Assembly: GCA_051362555.1 (NCBI GenBank)
Contig: CM120645.1
Location: forward strand, 10,416,001 to 10,480,000
From: Lingula anatina
Lineage: Eukaryota > Animalia > Brachiopoda
Reading direction: 5' to 3'
Length of the DNA stretch: 64,000 bases
Under the pieces are notes generated by a model, which saw nothing but the letters and a program-made list of their open reading frames with translations, was not told the DNA's origin and searched no databases. A program made the translations under genes and the position numbers. Below, in pieces: positions 41,025-53,815 of the stretch. How positions within the stretch are numbered: the stretch's first letter is position 1; the number at the start of each line of letters is the position of its first letter.

Positions 41025-42256
41025 CTAGAATAAAGAAAAGAGCAACAATGTTCAACACGATATGCTTTAATTATTTATTGCTTTTGCGAGTTGCATCATA
41101 CTGGTTATTTTTTCTTAATGATATTTTAATTTTGATTGATTTCATGCCTCGTTTATTCATTAACATTGATTTACATTTAGACGAAAACCCGTGTCTTTTA
41201 TGTATTGACCCGTCTCTTTTCATGGACAAAAATATCAAATCAGGAATCATTCTTCTGTTGGTCAAAGGGGCAAGCAATGCACAATCTCCTCCTTTCATCC
41301 CCCCTCTCCCCCAAAAATAGCTCATTTAAAATGGGCGTGACTGTACTTGTTGCGAAGGGACAAAGGTGGGTGGTGCTGCAGCAGCTACCAAGTTCTCATC
41401 GTTAGTTTTAGTTAATAAAACAGTTTGTCACTGTTTTAGTTACAACTGTATATGCAGGATATATGCTGAGCCAAAATTACAATTCAGAAAAGGCAACTCC
41501 GCCAAAGACTTATCGAAATATAATACACCAGTCAAGCCTGGGACACTACACCTGCACGTTAATTTAATGCCACAGCATATATTTCCTAAAGGTATCACTG
41601 CTGAGGGTATACAATATAACCCTCAAGCGCACTTACTAATAGATTCAATGCATGTTTAGCGGACAGCTTTGCTTTTGGTATTTACCTAATTTATTTCCTG
41701 TGCTATGTACCAGTAAGTATACAGGTCTCTCGATTAAATTGTGTTGCTCAAGATATGTAATAATCAATGTCCCAAAAATTTCAACCTTTTGAACGCAATT
41801 ATTATTATAACGCTGACAGAAATTATAAATAGGCATAAATAGTGAGCATCACTACACTGCGATGGGCCTTACAAAGATCGAATTGTTTAGATTATGTGGT
41901 ATGTGGACTCACAGCACTAAGAGTACCATATGCATCCACGCACGTAAATATCGAACGTCACTAACTTGGCAGTACTAGTGCATGACTGTGCATCAATATG
42001 AACATTGCTATTTTACCAACTTAATACCGGCCCTCCCAACCCCTCCCACATCTATACGAGAGTGACGTCAGACCTGACTCCCACCACAACCTGTTTAATA
42101 TGCGGTAAGATAGAAGTGCAGGTGGACATTTGCACTGATTTATTCTATGTATATTCAATGAGCTATTGGCCGGACGTCTCATGCATAATTCCGTAAAGGG
42201 GACACTTTGTAAAATAAACAATCTACGCGAGCACTTTCATAAGTTTCTTTACTCTT

Positions 42257-42287
<31 letters not shown>

Positions 42288-43125
42288 GAATACGTATTCC
42301 GCCATAGCCCGCTGTCTAAATTTACTAGAAGGTGGTGGTTCTCTTGTTTTGTGGCATATTTATGAGCTTATTGCACGTCTATTAAAGCTTTTTAATGGCA
42401 AGTTTTGAAACAAGCAATGCGCTAATTAACTGTCTGGTTAACTATACGCAGTTAGATCTAGATCTATATTGCCAGTTGCTAGAGATCTGGCTATTTTTAT
42501 TTCTTTTTGTCGGAATTGTTATACTGTTGTATGTCTCTTAAAGTTTCACTGATGTATTACGCAGCAAATAACTTTATTGTCACATCACCCAATTAGTTCT
42601 ATGATAACATATACAGCATATATACATGCCAATTATAAATCTGTAATGCTGTATTACTAACACACATATTTCTACGGAATGTTTATGTTCTCACACCGTA
42701 TATAAATCCAATCCTTGTCTATATATATACATATGTACAAGGAAAGAAAAGTTAAATAATGTTTGTACAATATTTCTTTTGAAACCCTCTCAAAACGGGA
42801 TCATAACTTGTTCTATGTTATTTTTAGTGAAAAATTCACACGCATGCCTCAGTTATGTGTTTTATTAATACAATGAAATAAATGTCACAATTAAACATCC
42901 TTTCCCGCGCTAAAGAAATAAGTGTATTTAGGTCCGCATGACTCTTTTTTTTTTAAATATTTGCGTCTTTATTCAATACAATCAAAATTTACTGGGCTTA
43001 TCATAAGAGAAATAACTAAAAGAAATAAATGATCGCTTTATTGATAAGTTACTTGACGAATGAATACCCCAGTGTGTTTTCTTATCTAATTTAAATTGTC
43101 GCTTGGCATGACATATACTATTACT

Positions 43126-43126
<1 letters not shown>

Positions 43127-43170
<44 letters not shown>
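43127..43170. repeat. (CT)n microsatellite
   Basis: Direct reading of the sequence. Confidence 0.95.
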
Positions 43171-43174
<4 letters not shown>

Positions 43175-43254
43175 TTTATTTATTTATTTTAAAAATTCGA
43201 ACTATAAACAATGATTCAAACACCTGAGGTCGAACTAATAAGAGTCAAATTATA

Positions 43255-43335
43255 AAGTCAAAGGAAACAGAAATATTATACTTACGAGGACATTTAAGTC
43301 AAAGGAAACAGAAATATTATACTTACGAGGACATA
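43255..43335. repeat. Direct ~40-bp tandem duplication
   Basis: aagtcaaaggaaacagaaatattatacttacgaggacat occurs twice in succession. Confidence 0.85.
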
Positions 43336-45864
43336 GTGACCACCAAAAGCAGGTCCAGCTGACAAGGAATTGTTGTCCGAAATACATCCCCTTATTATAT
43401 CAGTTAACCTCAAAAACAACACAAATTAAAAGATATTTTTTTAAGTCAGAAAACAAAGATGGATAAGATGGATCCTCGATGATGCGCGACTCCTGTAATT
43501 CACGAGCACTTTTTCTGGCTGCATATCTTTAGGAGGTCACCATTAAGACCGCTCTCTGTTTAACATTTTTGACCACGGAATCCCCGCTACCCAGCCAACT
43601 GAACTCTAAACGACCATATTAGGGGATTACAGGTTAAATGTCAACTCTCCACAGAATATACAGCTATTAAACAGGTATTAACGACGGGAAATCAAGAGAG
43701 ATGAATCACACTACTAAAGTGGCTCCCCGTGGCGATGGTGGTTTCAAATCCACACCTTGGGGCTATTTATTAGGCCTATCTGTTTTATGTATGTTTGATA
43801 TCGGCCGTTATTTGTTGCTGTGCATGGCACAATGCACCGGTTCAAATGTGCATTTCATATGCCAGTACAATGTATAGACAGTATAGTCTCACAAAAGCGA
43901 TCACGACCTAAGGACAACATGTAGGCCTAATAAATCACCACTGTCATAATCTGATCATTTCTCTATTAAAGCAAGCTTTTCATTTGTTGTAGGCTTTTTA
44001 GCCTATGTTTACTCTTGTTTTATATCTATTTTTATCTTTTAAACTCTTTTTGTGATTCATAGGCTTCAAAAATGGCGTTGTGGGGGGGGGGGATGTCTTT
44101 CAATTACGACTCATTTGCTTAGCTATAGGCTTATAGTTGAATAAGTTGCAAACAAAATTATGGGTATTAGTGAATAAAATTAATTCACACCCCACAAGAT
44201 TAACCCACAACTTCTACTTACCATAGTAAGCCACATTACTAGAAGTGATACAGGCAATTTAGTTTTTCTCGCAGAAATTAGTATAAAATAATTTTTTATT
44301 CAAACCGGTTTTTATGATGGCCTTTGTCTGTGGGACGTTTAGAAATGAATAATTTACAAATACATAAAAATTGATTAAAACGTTTGTGACAGCTAGCAAA
44401 ATAAGATCAATATCAATTTCAGTGAAGTATTTCACACCAAATATATTTTCCAGGAGTCTCCTGGCCGGATGAATCTCCCGCGGTCTCCCGTAGGCCTACG
44501 TGTAACCAAATCTCCCAGACACGTACGTAAGTTAAAGCAATATACAAGACAAATTAATTTGCACTAATGTCAGTTTCATAATTTTTTTCTTGGGGGGAGA
44601 GAGGAGAGAAGGGTCAATCACCCCCCCCCCCCCCCCCCCCGTGAGCAGAACGGCAGCGACCATTCCACCCCCCCCCCCTCCCCCCACTGAGCAAAATTTT
44701 GGATTCTTCAGATTTTAGATTTCCAGAGGTTGGCATCTCTGCTAACGTTGTAACTTTACATCTATGGTCTGGAGAAACAAAATCGTTTCAAGGTTGACAA
44801 ATGCAGACGCACTGATAAAATAAAATTGTTATACAAGTTGTGGCAAACAAACGACAAACTGGACAAACTAACTGAGCCTGTCTTGTAACCTCTGAAGGTA
44901 ATCGTCACATCGAGGCCAAGATGCGGGAAGCGACATTCCCTGACCCACGAGTACAGGATGTCGACGACGTGTTTTCTCCAACAGTTATTGTTGTATTTTA
45001 TGCACAAGCTATAAAAAGAGAAATTAGTCGAGTGTAGAGGTTGCAGGTCGCTGCACAGGAGTGATTATACAAAAACAGCACCCAAATTTGCTCTGATGGT
45101 GAAGCCAGCTTTGCATGTTCTTTCATTATCCATTCTGCGTTGTAAAGCTCTCCGACAGTAGGCTACCTTACTAATCTTTTCTCTTGTTATAGATATACGT
45201 TCGGAAACAAGCCTGCGTTTTAGGACAAGGTCATTTAGCGACACTTTTTGTTAAACGTTGCACACTAACTTGATTATTAACCTTCACACTGGCTTCCCTT
45301 TGATACTGATCTCTTTTGAAGCCAAGCCAAAGGAAGTCGCCGTCGTGTCGTTGCGCTAGCATGTGAAAGTAGCTAGCAACCCAGTGACCGTGATTTGCAG
45401 TCTAGACATCGTCTTACTCAGTAACAGGTAGGTAGTTTGTTTGTGGTGTAGTTCAGCACATACTGATTTCATACTCAATATAACATATTATATACATGTA
45501 CTTGTGTACATCACTACTGTGTTAACTACTGTGGTAGTTAATGAAAACAAAAAGATGTTTTTTATTGCAATTCATCTGTACAGTTTGTTGATAATGATCG
45601 TACATTGAAAGTTTTTTTGGGGGGGTTTCATAGTTTCACATGCATTAAATCTAACCCTTAGAAATGTGTACAAACGCACACACACTTACAATTAATTGAA
45701 TGTAGACAAATAAATGATATGCACTGAAATATTTTTGGGACCATGTTTTTGTTTGAAAGATATTTATGTATGTGTAGACTATGAGTCCCATGATTCAAGT
45801 ATCAAGATATTTTCATGTCAATGACTTAATTATTTCAACTGCAGCAACTGCATAGCCAATCAAA

Positions 45865-48800
45865 ATGGACATGATGTACGACACATTCGATGACATGGAG
45901 GGTGACGGCTATGACGTGATGTACCCTGACGACATGGCTGACATGGAGGCCTGGATGGCGGAGCACGGAGAGGATTACTTTGACACCCAGGCAGAGCAGC
46001 TGGCCACCCGCGCCCCTCTGTGGGAGTACCTGCCCAGCTGTGGCTCAGAGACGCTGATGCAGACCCTGGTTTATGTTTATCCTCTGCTGGGACTGTGCTT
46101 TCTCTTTAATATGTGCTGTCGCCTACAGCAGACTTCAAGGAATGGTGAAAATGGTGAGTTTTGAAATGGTTTAAAGTTGTATATAATCATAAGGGAGGAA
46201 TATGCATTGTTGTGAGTAAGCCCTTGTTTAAGACTGATTTTGATTTGTGATTTAAAAACCTCATAGATAAGGTTCGAGTAATTTAACCCTACCTGATCTT
46301 GATATTCTGGAACCATAGAAGTAAGGTAACCTTTTTACATGTATTCCCTGGTAGATCATCAACTTTTATATGATGGAAATACACTGTAGGACCAATGGCA
46401 GTCAATAATACTTCTGGTATTAAATTAGTATTAAATCCAGACCAAAAACCAAACAGAATTTGAAATTAAAGTTCTTAATTCATTTCAGCAGAGGAGGAGG
46501 TCACCATCCCCAGAGAAGTTGCTCACATGACATCAGTCCTGACAGGAATGGTGGCCTGCCATATCTTCTTCCAGAGTCTGTTCCTCTACCTAGTGCTACT
46601 GCTGCTGCTCACATATACACTACTGCTGCTGGTGCACAGGGTGTCCCCAGGGTATTGTGGACTGGTGGTGTCCACTGTCACTGTAATGTATATCATATCA
46701 TGGTATGTGTACTGTTATATGGACTGTGACTGCAGTATATGTATTTAAGGGATGTGTAATGTGACTGAAATGTGGTTGGAATGCATGTATGAAGTTTTGC
46801 TGTCCAGCAAAGACTTTCATCAGTTGTGTTATGCACTCAAAGTTACAGTAAATTATAGTTTCTTTAAAGACCTGCTAAACTGAGATATTGCACTGAAATA
46901 TAAGGGTGTCAATAATACTGAGTTTTGCTGTTGTTTGAAGAATCTATTGTTTTAAACTTTTATATGCAGGAGTATAGATTGCCCAAGCTTTATCAGTAAT
47001 CTGAATGGCAGAGCTACATTTTGATGAAGTCCTTACAGCATATGAAAACCTTTAGCTTATTGCTGTAGCATTTTGTAAGGCAAGCTCTCAAAGTTACTTG
47101 GTTGTTGACATCTTTTGCATAAGATTTTAATATTTAATGAACAATTCTCTTTAAAAACAAAATCATCTTACATGTGTCAGTACAGTTGAATCAATTAACT
47201 TAAAGATTGACATTTTGAATTATATTGTAGATCTATGAACTTTTAAACATAATGTTTTTTCTTGATGTTTTAGTGAATTGTTTTTAGTTGAAACTGAGAA
47301 GTGGCATAAAATCAGAGGTTTGCAGAATTTGAATGCTTTTTGATATGTTGATTAATGTTTATAAAATGTTATGATAATTACATACTAGCTAATTATGCAT
47401 TTTGTCTTGTAACTGTTACATTAAATAAATTTTTCTATTTGAAACAATTATTTTATGATAATTTGACCATTTCTTATTTAAATTCCTTTTATTCATCAAT
47501 TATTATAATTGATAATTGAATTTTATACAGGTGCTCAAATGGTGCTATCCATGAAGATAATCTCGGTGGCCTTTGATGTGGACACTGGTCACCTGGGAGT
47601 GCCCAGGGTGTGGGAGTTTGCTGGCTACTGCCTCCATGTGGGAACTGTGATATTTGGACCATGGGTGCCCTATAAACAGTATAATGCTCTGTTCTTGAAA
47701 CAGGAGGAAGGGAGAGGAGTATGTTTGTTGATTTAGCTATTCTTTAATTTATTTTAATTGAAAAAAAAAATTCTTTATTAATCATGAATGGTGTGCAGTT
47801 TTTGTGATGTTAATTTATTGTACCACCAGCGTTAGCGCTGCGGTACACATGGTTTCGGTCCCGTCCGGATCGTTCCGCCGGCTCCGCCGGCTCCGTTGGC
47901 TCCGCCGGCTCCGCCGGACGGCTACCGTTACCGCTTCTCCTCCTAGACGGTAAGGGCCCCCGTACCCATCTCATGGATTTAGGTCACCTATAATCTCAAT
48001 TCGTTCCACGTAAAATTTGGGCTTTGTCGGTATTGGGGTCTGGGTGTGGCACTCATTGCAATGCACCCTTGTCTAAAAATGGCAAAATTAAATGCTAATT
48101 ATCTACCCTACGGAAGGAGTTATGGGAAAAATTTCTATAGACGGCTTTCCAAAAGTCATATGTGTAGATTTCAAATATACCCTTGGATTTGACCTTTGAC
48201 CTTTACTCCAAGGTCAAATGGGCCAAAATTTTCAAAAAAATGAAATTTTTTACGAAAAAAAATTTTTTTGCCCTGTTATTCAGACACCACACAGACTTAA
48301 CCAATAATATTATTGGAAGGTGTTACCCTTCAGGTCATCTTTCATCTCCATGAATTTGGGGTCAATCGGTGCATTTTCACGGGAGTAGCGGCCATAAGAT
48401 ACCGAAACTGAAAACTGTCTCTAATTCGGGAACCGTTAATGCTAGAGACCCATTCTTTTTTGCATTTTGTAGAGCATGTAAAGCCCAACACTGGAGGTGG
48501 TCTCGGTTTTTTTGTATTCCATACGGTTTTCGAGTTACGCTGTATCAAAAAGTACATATTGGTGGTAAAAGCAAAATGTGCAGTACGGTAATGGATAATA
48601 AATTTTGAACTCTGGAAAAATAAAACATAAGGCTTGGCAAAGCAGACAACTTGTGTTCAAAAATGACATTATTTCATCAAATTTGAACTTCTGAAACTTC
48701 AGAGCACCTCCTATTTCAAGAATTTTGACCAAAATGACATTTTCTTTATTTTAATTAATTTTTTCTGTACGAAATTTAAGGCACATTATGGTAACTCCAA

Positions 48801-51800
48801 AATTATAACATTTAGTCCCTTATATCTCCAAAACTGGCAGAGATAGGACCATAGTTACTATTGAAGTTGAATAGGAAGTCCATATACTGGCAATCTTACT
48901 ATGACCTTGAAAGTGACCTTTGACCTACTTTTCACCATGAACTGAACTTTGCAAATTTTTCTTCCCTTTTATCTCCAAAACTGGCAGAGATAGGTCCATA
49001 GTTACTATTGAAGTTGAATAGGAAGTCATATACTGGCAATCTTACTATGACCTTGAAAGTGACCTTTGACCTACTTTTCACCATGAACTGAACTTTGCAA
49101 ATTTTTCTTCCCTTTTATCTCCAAAACTGGCAGAGATAGGTCCATAGTTACTATTGAACTTGAATAGGAAGTCATATACTGGCAATCTAAATGTGACCTT
49201 AAAATTGACGTTTGACCTACTTTTCACCATAAACTGAACTTTGCAAAACTTGCTTCCCTTTTATCTCCAAAACTGGCAGAGATAGGTCCATAGTTACTAT
49301 TGAACTTGAATAGGAAGTCATATACTGGCAATCTAAATGTGACCTCAAAATTGACCTTTGACCTACTTTACACCATGAACTGAATTTTGCAAATTTTGCT
49401 TTCCTTTTATCTCCAAAACTGGCTGAGATAGGTCCGTAGTTACTATTGAACTTGAATAGGAAGTCATATACTGGCAATCTAAATGTGACCTCAAAATTGA
49501 CCTTTGACCTACTTTTCACCATAAACTGAACTTTGCAAATTTTGCTTCCCTTTTATCTCCAAAACTGGCAGAGATAGGTCCATAGTTACTATTGAACTTG
49601 AATAGGAAGTCATATACTGGCAATCTAAATGTGACCTTGAAATTGACCTTTGACCTACTTTTCACCATGAACTGAATTTTGCAAATTTTGCTTCCCTTTT
49701 ATCTCCAAAACTGGCTGAGATAGGTCCATAGTTACTATTGAACTTGAATAGGAAGTCATATACTGGCAATCTAAATGTGACCTTGAAATTGACCTTTGAC
49801 CTACTTTTCACCATGAACTGAACTTTGCAAATTTTGCTTTCCTTTTATCTCCAAAACTGGCAGAGATAGGTCCATAGTTACTATTGAACTTGAAAAGGAA
49901 GTCATATACTGGCAATCTAAATGTGACCTTAAAATTGACCTTTGACCTACTTTACACCATAAACTGAATTTTGCTAATTTTGCTTTCCTTTTATTTCCAA
50001 AACTGGCTGAGATAGGTCCGTAGTTACAATTGAACTTGAAAAGGAAGTCATATACTGGCAATCTAAATGTGACCTTAAAATTGACCTTTGACCTACTTTA
50101 CACCATAAACTGAATTTTGCAAATTTTGCTTTCATTTTATCTCCAAAACTGGCTGAGATAGGTCCGTAGTTACTATTGAACTTGAATAGGAAGTCATATA
50201 CTGGCAATCTAAATGTGACCTTGAAATTGACCTTTGACCTACTTTTTATCATGAACTGAACTCTGCTAATTTCTTTCTCTTTTAACTTCAAACTTGACAG
50301 AGATAGGTCCATAGTTACTCTTGAACTTGAATAGGAAGTCATATACTGGCAATTTACTGTGACCTTGAAATTGACCCTTGACCTACCTTACGAAGAACTT
50401 AAATTTGATTGTACCATATATATTTTTTGCAATAGTTTAAAAATTCTTGTTGATTGCATTTTTACAGCTTGTCAAGCACAAAACTGGTGGCTGTGTCCCT
50501 TATTTTGTGTATGTGGGGGTCTATACGAATGCGCTTGCTCCAGCTGGTGGTACAATATTCGGAGGCGGTATCGCCTCTCTGATCCTCTAGTTTTGAATAA
50601 GTTTTAAAATATCATCAGATAACTTTAAGTCATTAACAAATGCTGCAATCATCTTTATATTGATTAAGATTTTTGTATGATTAATTTCATTTTGTATTCC
50701 AGATATTCTCTTGGCTGCTGAAGATGTTTTTCAGCTTGATATTATCTTTATTTTGTCTTTTCTGGTCCACGTGTTGTCTTCACTGGTTAATCCTGGAACA
50801 TTTCCATAAGTAAGTAAATAATGATGTAATTCATTAATTATTGCACTGGCATATGAACTTTGCGTTTCCAGTGCAGACAACTGAATTTTCAGTTTTCTTT
50901 TCACTTTTGAATAATGATTTTCTCTGAATTTTTATATTTTGATAGAAATCAATCCTTAACTGCTCTATTTAGAGTTATAACAATTTAAATCTGTATTTGT
51001 CAAGTAAAACACAAACCTAAAAAAATCTCCTTAATGCCAATAAACGACTCCAATTTTAATTAAAACATAGCTAGTAAGAAATAGTGTAATTGTTATTGAA
51101 TCTATTGTATGAATGAGCTTCAGATTTTTGCAACTACCCTTTCAGATGGTTTGTAGCCTACAGAGATGCCCAGTCATATAGATTTAGTCACTATTTTATC
51201 AGTTACCTGTCTGAAGTAACTGCCACCATGACTGGTATGACTGGGACTGTCAGTAATGGAGATTCTCAATGGTAAGTGGGGTAGTGTTCATCTGTAATAG
51301 TGAAAAATGCTGTTGTAGTTCTTGAAAAAAAACTTTGCTCTTCTAGTTCTTTCAAATGCCTATTAAGCAAATTGTGACGCACATCAAACTGAAATAATGT
51401 AGATAATATATATCAGTCATGAGAAATAATTAGAAAATGATAATGACACATATACAATAAACACTTTGAATTATTTGTTGAGATAAACAAAGATTTGGAT
51501 GGTTTTTGGTGCCAGAAATTTCTTCATTAAATTTTGCTTTTTTTTTTTTCTTTTTTGCTTTTTTGGATTATTTTAACAATTGTAATCTGGTTTTCATATT
51601 CAGGGATTTTGCTGTAGCCAGACCTTATCACATTGAGGTACCAAGGTCTTTGGTAGAGGTGGTTACCCACTGGAATCTCCCCATGCATTACTGGCTAAAG
51701 ACTTGTGAGTAAATGCAGTCTGAACTATCTGATAAATGGCTTTTTTTTTAATGAAATGCATTCATTGTTTGTAGCCTAAAGATGCATATAGCTAGTGCAG

Positions 51801-53815
51801 CTCTTATAATACCATTTAAATTTTAGTTAGCAAAGGGGAAGGCATTGTTATTATTATTATTTTTTTTACATTGAGTATAAATGGAAAAATTTTAGTGAAA
51901 TGCATTCACTGTTTTTAGACAAAAGATGCAGAGAAAGAGCAGTTCTTAAAATTCCATTTTATTTTAATCAGCATAAGGGAAATTATTGTTGTGTTATATT
52001 ATATTAATTGAAAATATTAATTAACATTGTCCAGTGGTATTTAATCACATTACACATCAAGCTACAGTCTTAAGTAATTCTCTTTATGATAACAGTTATT
52101 AGTGAGTATAAGCAGACCTGTATTTGTATTGTCTGGTTGTTGATACTGCATGCTGGATAAATTATACTCTTTTTGCATTGCACCATATGTCTGGTTATGA
52201 TGTGTGTCAATTTCAGATGTCTTTAAGACAGCCAGACCTTTGGGAAACTTCACTGCCATATTGCTCACCTATGCAGCCAGCTCTGTCCTCCATGTAAGTG
52301 TAATGGTCACATTCTGCAGCATTGTTATATTCATAATTTTCTTCAATTTTTTATTTTACTTCATTGAGCTGTAAAATATGTACATGAGGTACATTTTACT
52401 GGGTCTACAATTTTTACATATTATACATATAGAGAATACATGGACAACTAAATAAGTAAGACGTTGTGATTTAGAGGTAATACTATATCCATATATAAAG
52501 CTGAATTTAATGTAGATATTGAATGATGAGACAATGATATATGCAGCACTTAGATGAGTACTACTGTAACAATAAGTATTGCTAATAATAATTTAACAAG
52601 TTTATCTCAAGTCTATTCATGAATGAGTATAATTGCATGTTTCTTTGGTTTGTTGTTAAGAGTTTGATTTTAAAATCTAAAGGCAAGGAAAGTTTATTGC
52701 AAAATTGTCTTATTTATAATATATTAATTTGTTATTCACAGGGTTTGAATTTCCAGCTAGCTGCTGTTCTCTTCTCATTGGGATTTTATTCCTATGTTGA
52801 ATATGGTAAGTGTCAATGTGGTTTAAAATAAAGGTTAAATCATTGAACAATTAAAATTATATAAAAAAATATGTGTTCATCCCACAGGTGTCCAAACTAT
52901 CTACTTAGAGGGCTTAATTATTTTTTTTGTCTTATTTTCTAGTGTTCCGTGGGAAGTTGGCCAGAATATTCAGTGCCTGTATCAAGGCAAAGAAGTGTAA
53001 ACCTGAGTGTGAGCACATGTATAAAGCAGTAAGTACCAGAGAATCTTGACCTTGATTTGTTTAAAAAGTAGGTGATTGCCCTCTGAGACGTTGTTATATA
53101 ATCCTGCATTACCATTAGCAATTATTGATATTTTGTTTTCCCTTATTACAAAGGTTTGTATCAACAGTTCCTTTTCCTGTATTCTGTATACACCTTGCTT
53201 TAATCATTTTAGTTTATTGAACTTAGCACTGGAGTCTATTATAATGTATTTAGAGGTTGTCTATCCGATATTAATTAATTTTTTTTAGGGGGATGGGATA
53301 GTGTGCTTGTCTTAAATCATGATAAAAAATATCAAAAATGAATAAAATTTAGAGGAGGCAAGCTTTTCTTGTATTTTTCTTTCTTCCTATCCCAAAGTTT
53401 ACACAGACACATTATATCTATGTGTTATAATTTCAGTCTCACCCATATGTGATAAGTACAAACCTGGTATTTGGCTCCCTGGCGCTGGCACATCTCACTT
53501 ACCTTGGCCTGATGTTTGACAGCAGTGATCAGGAGGAGACGGTATGTATAACATTATGACTTCATGCCATCTTGAATTTGGAGGACATTTTTAGAAAATG
53601 TCTTTTAAAAAGTGATGTTATCTTCTAGTTACAAAATGTGATTGTAAGGCCTTCAATAGGTTTCTACCCAATGTTTTCTAACAACCCCAAATCATATCTG
53701 TTATTTTTCATTCCAGGGATACACCATGCAGCACACACTGAAGAAATGGTCCAACCTGGGATTTGTCAGTCACTGGGTGGCTTTAGGGACCTTCATCTTT
53801 CATCTTCTCATTTGA
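45865..53815 (+). CDS. PORCN: Porcupine, Wnt O-palmitoleoyltransferase (MBOAT); exons 45865-46153, 46489-46702, 47274-47317, 47531-47718, 50703-50809, 51146-51271, 51604-51704, 52217-52293, 52742-52805, 52943-53028, 53437-53541, 53717-53815
   Basis: [89 protein letters not shown] (catalytic His), [26 protein letters not shown]; all phases consistent. Confidence 0.96.
47816..50590 (+). mobile_element. Non-autonomous Helentron/HINE-like element in a PORCN intron
   Basis: 5' subterminal repeat ttgtaccaccagc with a local hairpin and (ccgg/ccgt)-type simple repeats; 3' inverted copy gctggtggtacaa followed by stem-loop ggaggcggtatcgcctct and a ctag-ttt end; inserted in a T-rich site. Confidence 0.75.
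48820..50390. repeat. 146-bp tandem (satellite-like) array, ~10-11 copies, inside the Helentron-like element
   Basis: The agatagg anchor recurs at 48841, 48988, 49134 and onward with ~146-bp period; units are highly similar, with more diverged edge copies. Confidence 0.95.

Noticed and set aside
42021-42221. Cys-containing ORF as first exon of oxidase C
   Set aside because: No signal peptide and no phase-compatible donor found.
45865-46010. Acidic N-terminal extension of porcupine as a novelty
   Set aside because: Acidic N-termini are known from invertebrate porcupine proteins such as Drosophila.
48820-50390. Possible CRISPR array or repeat-protein ORFs
   Set aside because: No unique spacers and a eukaryotic intronic context; the 146-bp period is not a multiple of 3, so the ORFs shift frame.
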